From positions 310,001-374,000 of the forward strand of contig CBFDEM010000041.1 of NCBI GenBank assembly GCA_965603825.1: 64,000 nt of DNA, read 5' to 3'. Shown here piece after piece: positions 1 through 10,845 of the stretch. The translations under genes and the position numbers were made by a program. The DNA is from Blepharisma stoltei ATCC 30299. Taxonomy: Eukaryota > Protista > Ciliophora. How positions within the stretch are numbered: position 1 is the stretch's first letter; every line of letters starts with the position of its first letter. The notes under the pieces were generated by a model. That model did no database searches. It saw only the letters and a list, made by a program, of their open reading frames with translations, and was not told the origin of the DNA.

Positions 1-5
1 TAATC

Positions 6-2477
6 ATGAATAAAGAAACACTTGAATACTTGTTCAGCGGTCTTGTTGAAGCTAACTTAGGGGTTGTAAATGCTTGTGTGAGCGTCTTAAAATCTATTAT
101 GTCAAGCCAATATAGAGACGAACTTTTTACACTTGACCAAAAAGATAAAGATAGCTTAGAAAATGAAATGGTGACCATTCAAGAATCTGAACAAACCTGT
201 ACATTTATTGACTGCTTTGTGCAGTCTTTAGATGGATTTATCCAGATTTTAGTAAAAGAAAGTGATGTTAAGTTTTTGACAACCTTTAATGAAAAAATCG
301 AGGTCCTTGGAGAAGGGAGACTTAAAATAGTGGAAGCATTAAATGCTGCTATTAAAATGGAAAAGAAAGAAATTTATACCAAATTGTATGAATCTGGAGC
401 AATGAAAGTGCTTGTAGACTTATTTTTCAGGTTTTCATGGAACTCCATGCTCCATTCGTCTTTTGAAAATATCGTTCAAGGAGTCTTATATATCAATCAC
501 AGTGATCTTAAAACACAACTTCTTGAAGATGCCAAACTAGTCGAAAAAATTGCACAAAAAGGACTCGAACAAGTGAATTCTTATTCCAAGCTAAAGCCTG
601 GCTATCTTGGCCACCTGAAACGAATTGCAAATTTAATCAATAAGCTCGCCCAAGCCCAACCAGAAGTGCATGCAGTTTTATTAAAATCAGAAAATTGGGA
701 AAGCTTTAAGACTCAGTATTTAGAGGTTGAAAATAAAAAAGAAGAAGCTACGCTAGGAGATCAAAGGCTACCTACATTTGGTGATAATTTTTCAGAAGAT
801 GAAGAAAAAGAGCAAGAACAAGAGCACGAGCATGAGAATAAGGAGCACATATTTTCTTCTTACCAAAGTAGTGACAAGAATGAATATGAAGAAGCAGAAA
901 CGCCAGAAGAAGAAATCGAGCAAAGTGAGCCACTTAGCAAGGAAGATCTTGAATATGAGCCAGAAGATAAAGAAAAAGAAGTAAAAAATGAAGAAAACCA
1001 AGAAATTGATGTAGAAATTCCACAGCCAGCAAAGGAAGAGTTTGAGTTCGAGTTTAAAGATGAAAAGCAAGAAGAAATTGCTGATAACTATAAAGAAGAT
1101 TATGGATTTGAGATTAAAGAAAGTGAAGAAAACCCAGAAGAAAATCCGGAAGATGTTCCAACAGATGCACCAATGACTAAAGAAGAGTTAGAGTTCGAAA
1201 TTAAAGAAGAACAGCCTACAGTTGAGCCTGAGAGTATTCAAGAAGAAGTTACAGAAGTTCAACCTGAAGAAATAAAAGAAGAGGTAGAGACAACTGAAGA
1301 ATCTAAAGAAGAGGTGGAGATAACAGAAGAGCCTAAAGAAGAGGTGGAGATAACTGAAGAGCCTAAAGAAGAGGTGGAGAAAACAGAAGAGCCTAAAGAA
1401 GAGATCCAAAATGAAGAAAGTCATATTGATGAAATCATTGAAATCGAGAAAAATGATGAAGAGTCAAAAGCGGAAGAAACTGAGACTACTGCAGAAAATA
1501 CTAATATTCCTGATACTGAGCCTACAGCTGAAGAAGCCAAAGATGAGGGTGAACAAGAAACAGGTCTAAGTCAAACAGTCCAAATTGTATCTGTTCAATG
1601 GGATGAAACAAATGAAAGTGAAGAAACAGGTCTTACTCAAACAGCAGAAATTGTATCAGTTGAATTTGTTGAGACTAAAGAAAATATTGCTTCTGAAACA
1701 GTAGAGACTGCAGTTGAAGAAATACAAACTCAACCTGAAGACCAATCAGGACAAACCCAAACTGTTGAAATTGTATCTGTCGAATTTGATACAGTTATTG
1801 AAATACCTGAAGCAGCTCAGCCTTCAATAGAGGAAGTAAAAACTGAGGCTAAAGAAGAAGAAAATTTAACTCAAACCACTGAAATCGCATCAGTTGAGTT
1901 TCAAGTTGTTCAAGAAACCTCAGAGCCCACATTTGAAGCTCAAAACTCTCAACCCGAATCTGAAGAAACTAAAGAAAGTGCAGCTGAAGAAGTAATAGAG
2001 ACTTCAGAAACCCAAAAAGTCCCTCAAGAGTCCCAAACTGATTCACAAGAAAAAGAAACCCCAGTCTCTGAAGAAGTTGTGCAGCAGATCCCTGACATCC
2101 AAGAACCTCAACCAGAATCTGAAGCAAAGGAGACAGTGGAAACTGAAGAAATAAAGCAAGATATACCACAACAGACTGAGGCTCAAGCTGAAGTAGTAGA
2201 AGCCACTCAAGAAAGCCCAAGCGAAGAGCAAAGCATTAAAGTCTCAGAAGAGGCCAAAATTGAAGACTCTAAAAGCATTGAACTTCAAAATGAAGAAGAA
2301 GCTAAGGAAGTAGAGTCTGAGATTGGCCAAGAGCCGCAAGATGAAGTGCTCGAGCAGCCAATAAGCCAGGAGCAAGGTGAAAATACTGAAATACCAAAAG
2401 CTGCAGCTGAGGAACCCTCAGAGCAAGTTAATGAGTCTGAGCAAGAACCTCAAGAAGTCAGTGATGCTTCTTGCTAA
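6..2477 (+). CDS. SIT4/PP6 phosphatase-associated protein (SAPS/PP6R-like) with long acidic repetitive tail; probably 5'-truncated by the window
   Basis: Motifs LGEGRLKIVE, LFFRFSWNSMLH and GYLGHLKRIAN are typical of the SAPS domain C-half. The reading frame is open to the window edge. Confidence 0.75.
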   Translation: MNKETLEYLFSGLVEANLGVVNACVSVLKSIMSSQYRDELFTLDQKDKDSLENEMVTIQESEQTCTFIDCFVQSLDGFIQILVKESDVKFLTTFNEKIEVLGEGRLKIVEALNAAIKMEKKEIYTKLYESGAMKVLVDLFFRFSWNSMLHSSFENIVQGVLYINHSDLKTQLLEDAKLVEKIAQKGLEQVNSYSKLKPGYLGHLKRIANLINKLAQAQPEVHAVLLKSENWESFKTQYLEVENKKEEATLGDQRLPTFGDNFSEDEEKEQEQEHEHENKEHIFSSYQSSDKNEYEEAETPEEEIEQSEPLSKEDLEYEPEDKEKEVKNEENQEIDVEIPQPAKEEFEFEFKDEKQEEIADNYKEDYGFEIKESEENPEENPEDVPTDAPMTKEELEFEIKEEQPTVEPESIQEEVTEVQPEEIKEEVETTEESKEEVEITEEPKEEVEITEEPKEEVEKTEEPKEEIQNEESHIDEIIEIEKNDEESKAEETETTAENTNIPDTEPTAEEAKDEGEQETGLSQTVQIVSVQWDETNESEETGLTQTAEIVSVEFVETKENIASETVETAVEEIQTQPEDQSGQTQTVEIVSVEFDTVIEIPEAAQPSIEEVKTEAKEEENLTQTTEIASVEFQVVQETSEPTFEAQNSQPESEETKESAAEEVIETSETQKVPQESQTDSQEKETPVSEEVVQQIPDIQEPQPESEAKETVETEEIKQDIPQQTEAQAEVVEATQESPSEEQSIKVSEEAKIEDSKSIELQNEEEAKEVESEIGQEPQDEVLEQPISQEQGENTEIPKAAAEEPSEQVNESEQEPQEVSDASC
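1270..1405 (+). repeat. Coding 30-bp minisatellite (KEEVEITEEP, about 4 copies)
   Basis: Near-identical units gaagaggtggagataac(a/t)gaagagcctaaa in tandem. Confidence 0.85.
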
Positions 2478-2573
2478 AAATTATCGAATTCTTAATAAAT
2501 ATCTATCTTTCTCAGATAAATTAGCCTTGTAAACTGAAAATGATATCAAAATAATATAAAAATATTGATAAAA

Positions 2574-3320
2574 ATGTTTGGATTTGGTCAGATATATGTC
2601 ATTGTGATACTCATATTGCTTATCTTTTTGCAAACTGCTGAATCTAGAGCAGGAGGTGGTGGCGGTAGCAGTGGAGGTAGCAGTAGAAGTAGCAGCAGAA
2701 GAAGTCGCTCTTACTCAAGTAGCTATCACAGCTCAAATAATAATAATGATAATTCGGATGAAGCATCCACTCTTGACTATTGCATTACAATCGGAACTTT
2801 CTTATTATTTGCTATTTTTGCTATATTGGGATATTTCTTCTCAATTGACAAGAAGGTTGAGAAAAAGCACAATGAAATAACTAAACAATTATACGATGAG
2901 TCTATTAAAGAATCTATATGAGATGAAAAAGACTTAATTTTAAATGTTAATCAATCATTTATTGATTTGCAAAAAGCATGATCTGAGCAGGACTTGAACT
3001 TTATTGAAGGAAAATTATGTCACAACTTATTTATTAAATGGAGAGATATCTTAAATGATATGAGATATCGAAATGAAAGCAACGTAGTCAGTAATGTGGT
3101 AGTTAATAAAATAAGATTTGTCAAGCTAGATAAATCAGAAAAGATTTTCACAGTTTTTATTGATGCTAAAGTTAAAGACGTTACTGTGAATTTAAGCTCA
3201 GGGAAAATTTTGAAAGATCAAAGTGGTAGGTTCAGAGAGTTTTGGACTTATATATGGAATATTGATGGATGGCTTCTAATGGAAATTAGTCAAGAAAATG
3301 AGAGCTCAAAATTCCTTTAA
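2574..3320 (+). CDS. Tim44-like domain protein with signal peptide, Gly/Ser linker and TM helix
   Basis: ORFs 2565-2921 and 2994-3320 join in frame via TGA=W at 2919 and 2979, giving FIDLQKAWSEQD...FREFWTY...GWLLMEISQ. Confidence 0.75.
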
Positions 3321-3549
3321 TATATAAGGTTAATGTTTATTAGTAATAATGGATATTTATTAATAAAATGGCAGATTAACTACAATAATGGAATAAATGT
3401 TGATGTGAAGCAATAAGAGCGACAAAACTACTATTAGAAAATTAATTAGATACTACTCATAAAATCAGAATAATACTTTGGAGTATAAAGTAAAGGTTCA
3501 AGATTAATATTCAACAAAAGAGCGTTTGTGATTAAAATTTAGAGGTTTT

Positions 3550-4344
3550 TTATTTTTTAAAATTTCAATGATCAGATCCTCATGAGCATATTGACAAATT
3601 TCGATTTTCTTTTCTAATTATATTTGTACTTGGTGTATTTTCTTTTGTTTTTTTATCAAGTGGAGTTATTTTATCTTTTGCAATTTTTTCTAAAACTACC
3701 TTCTGTTTTGTTATTTTTTTTATCGGAATCGGCTTCTCTTTTGCAATTTTTCCAAGCGAAACTACATTTTCTTTAATTTTTTTTCTTAAAATTTGTTCAC
3801 TTTTTGTGAAGTATTTTATTTGCTTATCGTTCTTACTGTGAGTTAAAGAGCTATTTAGAGATTCTGACGACATTGGAATAATTTTATGCTTTTTTGCCAG
3901 GCTCGATTTTTCAATTTTTATGCAATTTGTTAAATTTGGCTTTTCGTGTGCTTGAAAAGCAGATTTTTTGTAATAAGAAATTGGGATTTTTTTAATTTTT
4001 ATGGTTACCAATTTGCGCAGGTTCTGATAATTTGTGAATCGTTTATAAGCAAATTTGGAAGTTATGTAATTTATCTGGAAATTCTGTGAGGAATTTAATA
4101 ATAGAGACTCTGAAGATGCAGAAGATAGGATGAAGTTATTGACGATCGGAGCTTTTGATGTCAATTTTGTGTCGTCTTTTCTTAAGATTTTTAGATGGTC
4201 TCGAACTTTTGGGGAACTTTTAATTGAAGAGTTTGAACAATTATTTAGTCTTGAAAGTGATTTGGCTCTAAAGCATGAGGATAAGTTATATTTATCTTCT
4301 TCAAGATCATTATCAGCAAATGAAGAATTACATATCTTTTTCAT
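3550..4344 (-). CDS. Hypothetical basic low-complexity protein
   Basis: The 254-aa ORF extends through TGAs at 3580 and 3565 to TAA at 3550. Confidence 0.55.
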
Positions 4345-4650
4345 ATTTCTAAGAGTAAATTAATTAATTTGCTGATTCTGAGACAATGTATTTCTTTGAT
4401 CAATTTATAATTTTCTAAGAAGTAATTTATAATTAATAAATTCATTTTAATTTTATATTATAGATAGTTTTTATAAAAAACTTCAATTCTAAATCTGTTC
4501 AATAGTTGGTAATTCAATAATATCCTAAACAAGTTATCTCCATAAATACCAAATAATTTTATAAAAGAAAATATCAAAATTACCATCTCTTTATATTTTT
4601 CAAACCGCATATTTGTTTTTAATTATAAATTTTCTAATTAAAAAGTGCTG

Positions 4651-6528
4651 ATGGAAGAAGAAATTTCCCTTCTCAAAAAGCAAAAAGCACTTATCAAGCA
4701 AGCTCTCCAAACAACAGTAAACGAAAACACTGAACTGCAAAAAATTAAAGAAGAACTTGAAGCCAGGTGCAAGCTTCAAGCTAATGAAATCGATTCTCTT
4801 AACCTTCTTAACCAACAACTTTCTAAAAGATGTGAAAATTTGCAAGAAGAATCCAAGTCAAAATCTCAAGGTTCTTGGTCAACCTGAGGACTATGAAAAT
4901 CTAAAGGGGCCAATAAGCTTGAAGAGTTAACAAACCAATTAACCATTTTGCAAGAAGAGCTAGATGCTAAAATCAAAGAAAATGAGCAAGTCCATATGAC
5001 AAATTTTTATCTTAAAGAGAAAAGTAAAAAGAAAAAAGCTGATTGAAGAGAAATTGTAGGGAAAAAGGACGAATTTATGAGAAATATGAATGAGCAGATT
5101 GAAGATATGCAAAGCCAAATAAATTCTCAAAAGACCCAAATACAGCAGCTAAATAAAGAAAGAAATGAGCTTTCAGCATTAATTCAAGTGAAAAATAAAG
5201 AGCTGCAGGAATCTCAAGCAAATTTCCACAAAATTAATTCGTCATTTCAAGAAAAAACGAACACTTTAGAAAACAAGTTGAGAACGAAGGTGTCCCTTGA
5301 TGATACAGGCTTTGAATTTTTATCATGCTATAATGCACCTAAATTTAATTTTTCTTATACCCAAAAGCAATGTGAATGAATAGCAAAAGCAAAGTCTTCT
5401 TTGTCACAAATTTGTCCTCATATTTCTGATATTTGTGTAAAATATAGCACAAGACTGCAATTTTTATATGAAAATTCAAATCCATCATACAGAAGAATTT
5501 TAGCTGAATTTCAAAAGCGATATGAAACATTTTTGGAAAATTTCAGTATTGGGATCAAAGAATTGACAATGGAAAAACTTGATGCAAATAAAGTCATAAA
5601 GTCAGTTGACGATATATCAAGAAATTATAAAGCTTTATTATCAATTTTAATATTGCAATTGCAGCAAGAAGGAAAATGAGTCGAGGACTCAGCTGAGTTG
5701 AATAGCCTCAATCAAGAACTAATTGACTGTCTGAAAAAAATAGATAGTTATATTGGAAGAGGTCTAGCCTTTGTTATCGCGTCATCATATGGAAAGCACA
5801 GTTGCTGGGATCTATTGCAAGATCTCACTAAAAATTTGGTACAATCTATAACAAAATGCTCAAATTTTTGAGGAAAACGCTTGGCACTTGACACAAAACT
5901 TAGGTATAAAATTACTGTGAAATCAACTAGATCAATCAATGATGAAATTTTAGGATCTTTACAAGCACTTTGTTCAGTTGTAAACCATATTTGCTCAGCT
6001 TTATTGCAGCTGAAATCAAACCTTTACTTCAATACTTCTCAGCTTTATTTTAATTCAGTTTCTTATTTAACAAATTTAAGAGAGATCTCATATACTCCAG
6101 GAATCGAATATTCAAAAGCAATACAAAACGTTCAGGATTTAAAGCTTTCTGAAAGAAAAATTGACGAGCAGAGATTGCAAATTCAGAGACTTGAAAAGGA
6201 GCTAGAAAAATCTCAAACTTGCACAGAAAAAGCTAATAATGAAGTAAGGCAACTTCAAAATATTTTAGTTGCAATTGAACAAAATGCAGAGAAGTCAGAA
6301 GAAGAGGTTGGGAAAAACATTTTTCAGGAGTCTGAGCCTATTTCAGAAGATGTGAAAAATGGAGCTCAGAAGGTCGCGCTTAGACTTACAGATAGCAATG
6401 GAGAGCCTGTGCCTATATCAACTTTAAATGTTGAATCAGATTTATATGAAAAAATCAAAGAAGTAGCTATACTGCAAATAAATAAGCTGGCAGAAAAGGT
6501 AAATAATAACGAGATATACATGTTTTAA
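4651..6528 (+). CDS. PPP1R21 (KLRAQ/FERRY2)-like coiled-coil protein
   Basis: Four ORFs fuse in frame through TGA=W. EIDSLNLLNQQLSKRCENLQEE, QEELDAKIKENEQVH and KVSLDDT resemble PPP1R21 N-terminal blocks. Confidence 0.65.
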
Positions 6529-7004
6529 CGATTTTCATCTATTTTAACTATTTTATTTAATAATTATTTTATCAAATTCCCATGAAAAAATAGAAGTCTA
6601 TCTATAGAAAATTCGTTTAGAAATTAGCGAAAAAAATTCTACTTTTATTCATAAAATATTAAATTAACTTTTAAAAATTATTAGATGAAGAGTGATATTT
6701 TTACTAGTAAAGCTTAGCTATTGCGATTAATCTAATTACAATAAAAAAGAAAACATTTAGTAAATTATTTAAATTTAAAGCCATTTTTATTTCCACAACT
6801 TAAAACTAATCGTTACTCTAATCTTTTTTCTTTTAATAAAATTATAAAGCTCATATTTATGGTCCATATAAAATTTTGTTGAGATAATTCAAAATTGAGT
6901 TCATTAGTTCCTCTAACTATTATAGGCACTTTTTAAGTAAATAATATGCATCCATCACTTTTAAACACTATTAAAATTCTGAACTATAAAAATATTTATT
7001 AATT

Positions 7005-8714
7005 ATGGGAGCAAATAATTCAAATCAAATACTCTCTCAAAGCAAGCTAGTCCATACAAGCCGACAATCTAAAGTTGGTAGACACTCATCCTTTAATGAG
7101 AAATCAAAGACCCTTCGGATTCAAGTAAAATCACAAACATTTTCAATCACTGTACCTGACGAGTCCCTTACAAGTGGTTGGCTGATTTCAGAAGTGATAA
7201 GAGTCTCAAATCAGCCAGATATTATAACATTTCATACAAAAATTTGTTCAGACATTTTGGATTATTCTTTAACGCTTTATGATCGTTCACTTTCGCGATT
7301 TAAGAATAACGAAGAGCTGGTTGCAATTTTTTCCGAGCAGACTAATGGAAGCGTTTCATGCAGTGATTTCCATCCTATCAAAGTAATTGGCAAAGGAGGA
7401 TTTTCAACTGTGAGTGAAGTGAGGAAAAAAGATACAGGAGAGCTATTTGCAGTCAAAACAATAGATAAAGAGTTCATTAAAAGAGAAGGAAAGATAACTC
7501 AAATTTTAACAGAAAAAGATATCATGAGCAGAATAAGCCATCCATTTATAGTGAAAATGCACTGGGCTTTTCAAACAAAAAATAATTTGCATTTAGTTTT
7601 AGACTTTTGTCCAGGAGGAGAACTTTTTTTCCATTTACATAATTTAGGCCGATTTACAGAAGATCAGGCGAAGTTTTACTTTGGGGAAATTTTGTTGGGG
7701 TTGGAGTATCTGCATGATAATGGAATTATTTATCGGGACCTAAAACCAGAAAATATCTTATTAGATATTGATGGGCATATAAAACTAACTGATTTTGGCC
7801 TGTCAAAGCAACGTATACGCCGTAGGCACAAAACTTATAGCTTTTGTGGATCCCCAGAATACATGAGCCCAGAAATGCTCAATAATAAAGGTCATACTCA
7901 TGCAGTTGATTTTTATAGTCTTGGCGCATTATTGTATGAGATGCTGACTGGCCTTTCTCCTTTTTATGACTCAAACAAAACACGCATGTTTTGGAAAATT
8001 CTTAATGAAGATCTCCCACTTCCAAATTTTCTGTCAAAATCAGCCAAGTCTCTTTTAAAAGGCCTTATGGAAAAAAATCCTGAAGACCGTCTTGGCTTTA
8101 AAAATGGCTTTGATGATGTAAAAGAGCATCCATGGTGCAGCAAAATTCAATGGGATAAACTTTTGAATAAGAAAAAGCTGCCCCCATTCCTTCCTTCTGT
8201 AAGAGCTTCTAATTTTGACGAAGAATATACGTGCTTACCTATAAATCCAGATTTTCTTGAAAAAATCCCAAATGCAGATGATGAAATTTTCCAAGCTTTT
8301 TGTTATTCTCGACTAGCTGAAGAAGAGGAAGAAAAATCCCTAGGGAAATATGAGCTGTTTGATACTTCATCTGCATCAACTGTTGCAAGTAAATCTGTGA
8401 GTCCAATAAGTGCAAGTCAAAGTGAATTTAGTTTTTATAAAAGAGAAACATTTAGAGAGCTGAGTGGCCAAGTTTGCAGCTCATTATCTGATATGAAAGC
8501 AATCAATCCCAGATTTTTCTCTCTTAGAGACATTGCCAATAGAAAGCCAAGGCTTGTAAACGCAAATCTATCCTTTCTAAATGCTATTCCAGCTAGAAGG
8601 ATTCGCCAAAACAGTGAAGGCTCATGCACTGAGATAAATTTTGAAGGAGAATTCCTAAATCCACCTTTCCTAACTGAGAGAGATGAAGATAACTTGTCCT
8701 CACAAGAAGACTAA
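7005..8714 (+). CDS. AGC-family Ser/Thr kinase with N-terminal MG (possible myristoylation)
   Basis: GKGGFS, YRDLKPEN, DFG, SFCGSPEY and an AGC C-tail (PPFLP...NFDEEY). Confidence 0.92.
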   Translation: MGANNSNQILSQSKLVHTSRQSKVGRHSSFNEKSKTLRIQVKSQTFSITVPDESLTSGWLISEVIRVSNQPDIITFHTKICSDILDYSLTLYDRSLSRFKNNEELVAIFSEQTNGSVSCSDFHPIKVIGKGGFSTVSEVRKKDTGELFAVKTIDKEFIKREGKITQILTEKDIMSRISHPFIVKMHWAFQTKNNLHLVLDFCPGGELFFHLHNLGRFTEDQAKFYFGEILLGLEYLHDNGIIYRDLKPENILLDIDGHIKLTDFGLSKQRIRRRHKTYSFCGSPEYMSPEMLNNKGHTHAVDFYSLGALLYEMLTGLSPFYDSNKTRMFWKILNEDLPLPNFLSKSAKSLLKGLMEKNPEDRLGFKNGFDDVKEHPWCSKIQWDKLLNKKKLPPFLPSVRASNFDEEYTCLPINPDFLEKIPNADDEIFQAFCYSRLAEEEEEKSLGKYELFDTSSASTVASKSVSPISASQSEFSFYKRETFRELSGQVCSSLSDMKAINPRFFSLRDIANRKPRLVNANLSFLNAIPARRIRQNSEGSCTEINFEGEFLNPPFLTERDEDNLSSQED

Positions 8715-8786
8715 GTTATGTTTATTTTAAACTAATTAAACTATTAAATTTCTTCCATATTGTCTTAATAAATAATAGAGGCTAGG

Positions 8787-9206
8787 ATGGCAGAAGAAGC
8801 CCAGGTACAAATTGAGGAAACTGAAGCACCTGCTGAAATGAACATCTATGATGCAATCAGAGAGGTGCTTAAGAAAGCTTCACATCGTGATGGCCTGCTC
8901 CGAGGCATCAACGAAGCTGCTAGAGCCATAGATAGAGGAGACGCCAAAGTTTGCTTTTTAGCTGAGAACTGCGACCTGAAAGAGTACAAAGGCTTGATCA
9001 GAGCTCTTTGCACAGAAAAGGATGTCCCACTTGTGATGGTTTCTGATAGAAACACCCTTGGAGAATGGGCTGGAATGTGCAAAGTTGACACAACAGGAAC
9101 AGCAAGACATATTGTGAAATGCTCTTCAGTAGTAGTGACTGATGTTGACGAAGAAACACAAGCCTGGAAAGTCCTTTCTAACTACATTCATTCTCAGCAT
9201 AGCTAA
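8787..9206 (+). CDS. RPS12: 40S ribosomal protein S12 (eS12)
   Basis: DGLLRGINEAA, LAENCD, LGEWAGMCK and IVKCSSVVV. Confidence 0.95.
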   Translation: MAEEAQVQIEETEAPAEMNIYDAIREVLKKASHRDGLLRGINEAARAIDRGDAKVCFLAENCDLKEYKGLIRALCTEKDVPLVMVSDRNTLGEWAGMCKVDTTGTARHIVKCSSVVVTDVDEETQAWKVLSNYIHSQHS

Positions 9207-9527
9207 ATAAGCAATTTCTTATAAGATTTTCTAAACTATATATATAAATTTGACATAGAAATTAAATAAAGTGCCAAATTGATACTTTCCAGATACACAA
9301 CTTAAATTAAAATCTCTCTAAATATTTTAGGGAAATTAAATAAAGCTAATTTTAGAATAGTGATGATGCTATGGATATTATCAATCCCACTGATTTTTTC
9401 GGTACACTCCAAATTCTTAAGTATGAATTCAGTCTAAAGTAATTTATAGCTTACCGATTTATGGAGCATTATTTTAATTTCCTATTAAACGACTCTAATT
9501 GTTACAGTAAATTCTTGATACAAAAAA

Positions 9528-10196
9528 TTAAAGTAAGACTATTTTTCTTTTCCTTTTTGAATCCATATCATATAAAGCTTGCTTAGGGATATTAACTTGA
9601 TAAGGTTTTCCATCAAGCTGGAACGAAAAAACTCCCCCTGTAAAGCCTAGCATATCTTCTATTTCTTTTATAATAGGCCTCATAGTTTTATCAGTGCATA
9701 TCCACCCATATATTTCTTTTCTCAATGGCGTTCTTTCTATATGATGAACTGATGTTTCAGCTGAATTGTGAATAATTAAATTATCGTCAGCAAAAACAAC
9801 TTCTGCGTCTTCATCGTGCAATTTAAATGCAGTTTTGGGATCTCCACGTAAAAATGCTTTTTCTATTTGATCTTGAATTTCTTGTGGAAATTCTGTTTGC
9901 TCTGAGTCGAGCTTGTATGACCATGCTCCTGAAATTGTGCAGTTCTCAGTATAATATTCAGGGAAATTCTCTTTATCTGCGCCTCCATGTGCGTTGTTTT
10001 CGTCAAATAATATTTCGGGGTCTTGATCTCTATCTCTGTGCCTTTTAATCGGCCGATTTCCATTATTTCGTCCATTTGAAAGATTTTCAATTTGTGAAGG
10101 GTCTACTGGGCCAAAGCCTGCATTTGCATTATTCTGAGGAACCTGAGAAGGCTCAGCGATTTCATTTTTGTCTGTTTTAGAACAGCAGTGACCCAT
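9528..10196 (-). CDS. Membrane-targeted (MGHCC) protein with WWE-like domain(s)
   Basis: N-terminal MGHCCSK suggests myristoylation and palmitoylation. WSY...FPQEIQDQIEKAF and YQVNI...RKRKI resemble WWE folds. Confidence 0.5.
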   Translation of the reverse strand: MGHCCSKTDKNEIAEPSQVPQNNANAGFGPVDPSQIENLSNGRNNGNRPIKRHRDRDQDPEILFDENNAHGGADKENFPEYYTENCTISGAWSYKLDSEQTEFPQEIQDQIEKAFLRGDPKTAFKLHDEDAEVVFADDNLIIHNSAETSVHHIERTPLRKEIYGWICTDKTMRPIIKEIEDMLGFTGGVFSFQLDGKPYQVNIPKQALYDMDSKRKRKIVLL

Positions 10197-10845
10197 CTGA
10201 TTTATATATATAAAGATAATATGCAAATGATTTAGGCTAACAATATATCATTCAATCGTTAAGCAGATTTAAATAAATTCTTAAGGAGTCATGGGTAAAT
10301 CATAATTTGAAGTGATATTTGAAATCAAAGATAAATGGTTTATATTGCAATTAAATCAATGAAAAGCAATCTATGAACTTTTATATAGACCACATATTAA
10401 ATTGCTGAAAGATTAAAGTATGAGAACTTCAGATTTAATGAGATTCTCAAATATGTATCCAAAATCAAATTTTAAAATAGATTAATCAATATCATAATCT
10501 ACAACTAATATAAATTTGGCCAAATGTTAAAATATTTAAGTCTCATATCTAAAAATTCTCCATAATTATAACTCACTTGCGCATGTGAGAGCTAATAGAA
10601 AAATAAATAATTAAAATGATTTATTATCTGCTTTTGCCTATTAAACGAGCCAGTAAAAATGATAGCAAAGACTTCTATTTATAAAATCGCTTTTCTTGAT
10701 TATTAATCAATATTCTCCTAATTTTATGCAAAAATTTTACAAAAGGCTCCTCTTTTAATCTTAAAAGAGCTTTAACCCTTCGCTATCACTTGCCTAATGG
10801 TTTTTCAATAACTGACTAAAATGTATTTTATTAAGATTACTACAA

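Noticed and set aside
6499-6513. Candidate stop-free 15-nt intron GTAAATAATAACGAG
   Set aside because: It ends in the atypical GAG and is not needed to keep the frame; it cannot be supported without RNA data.
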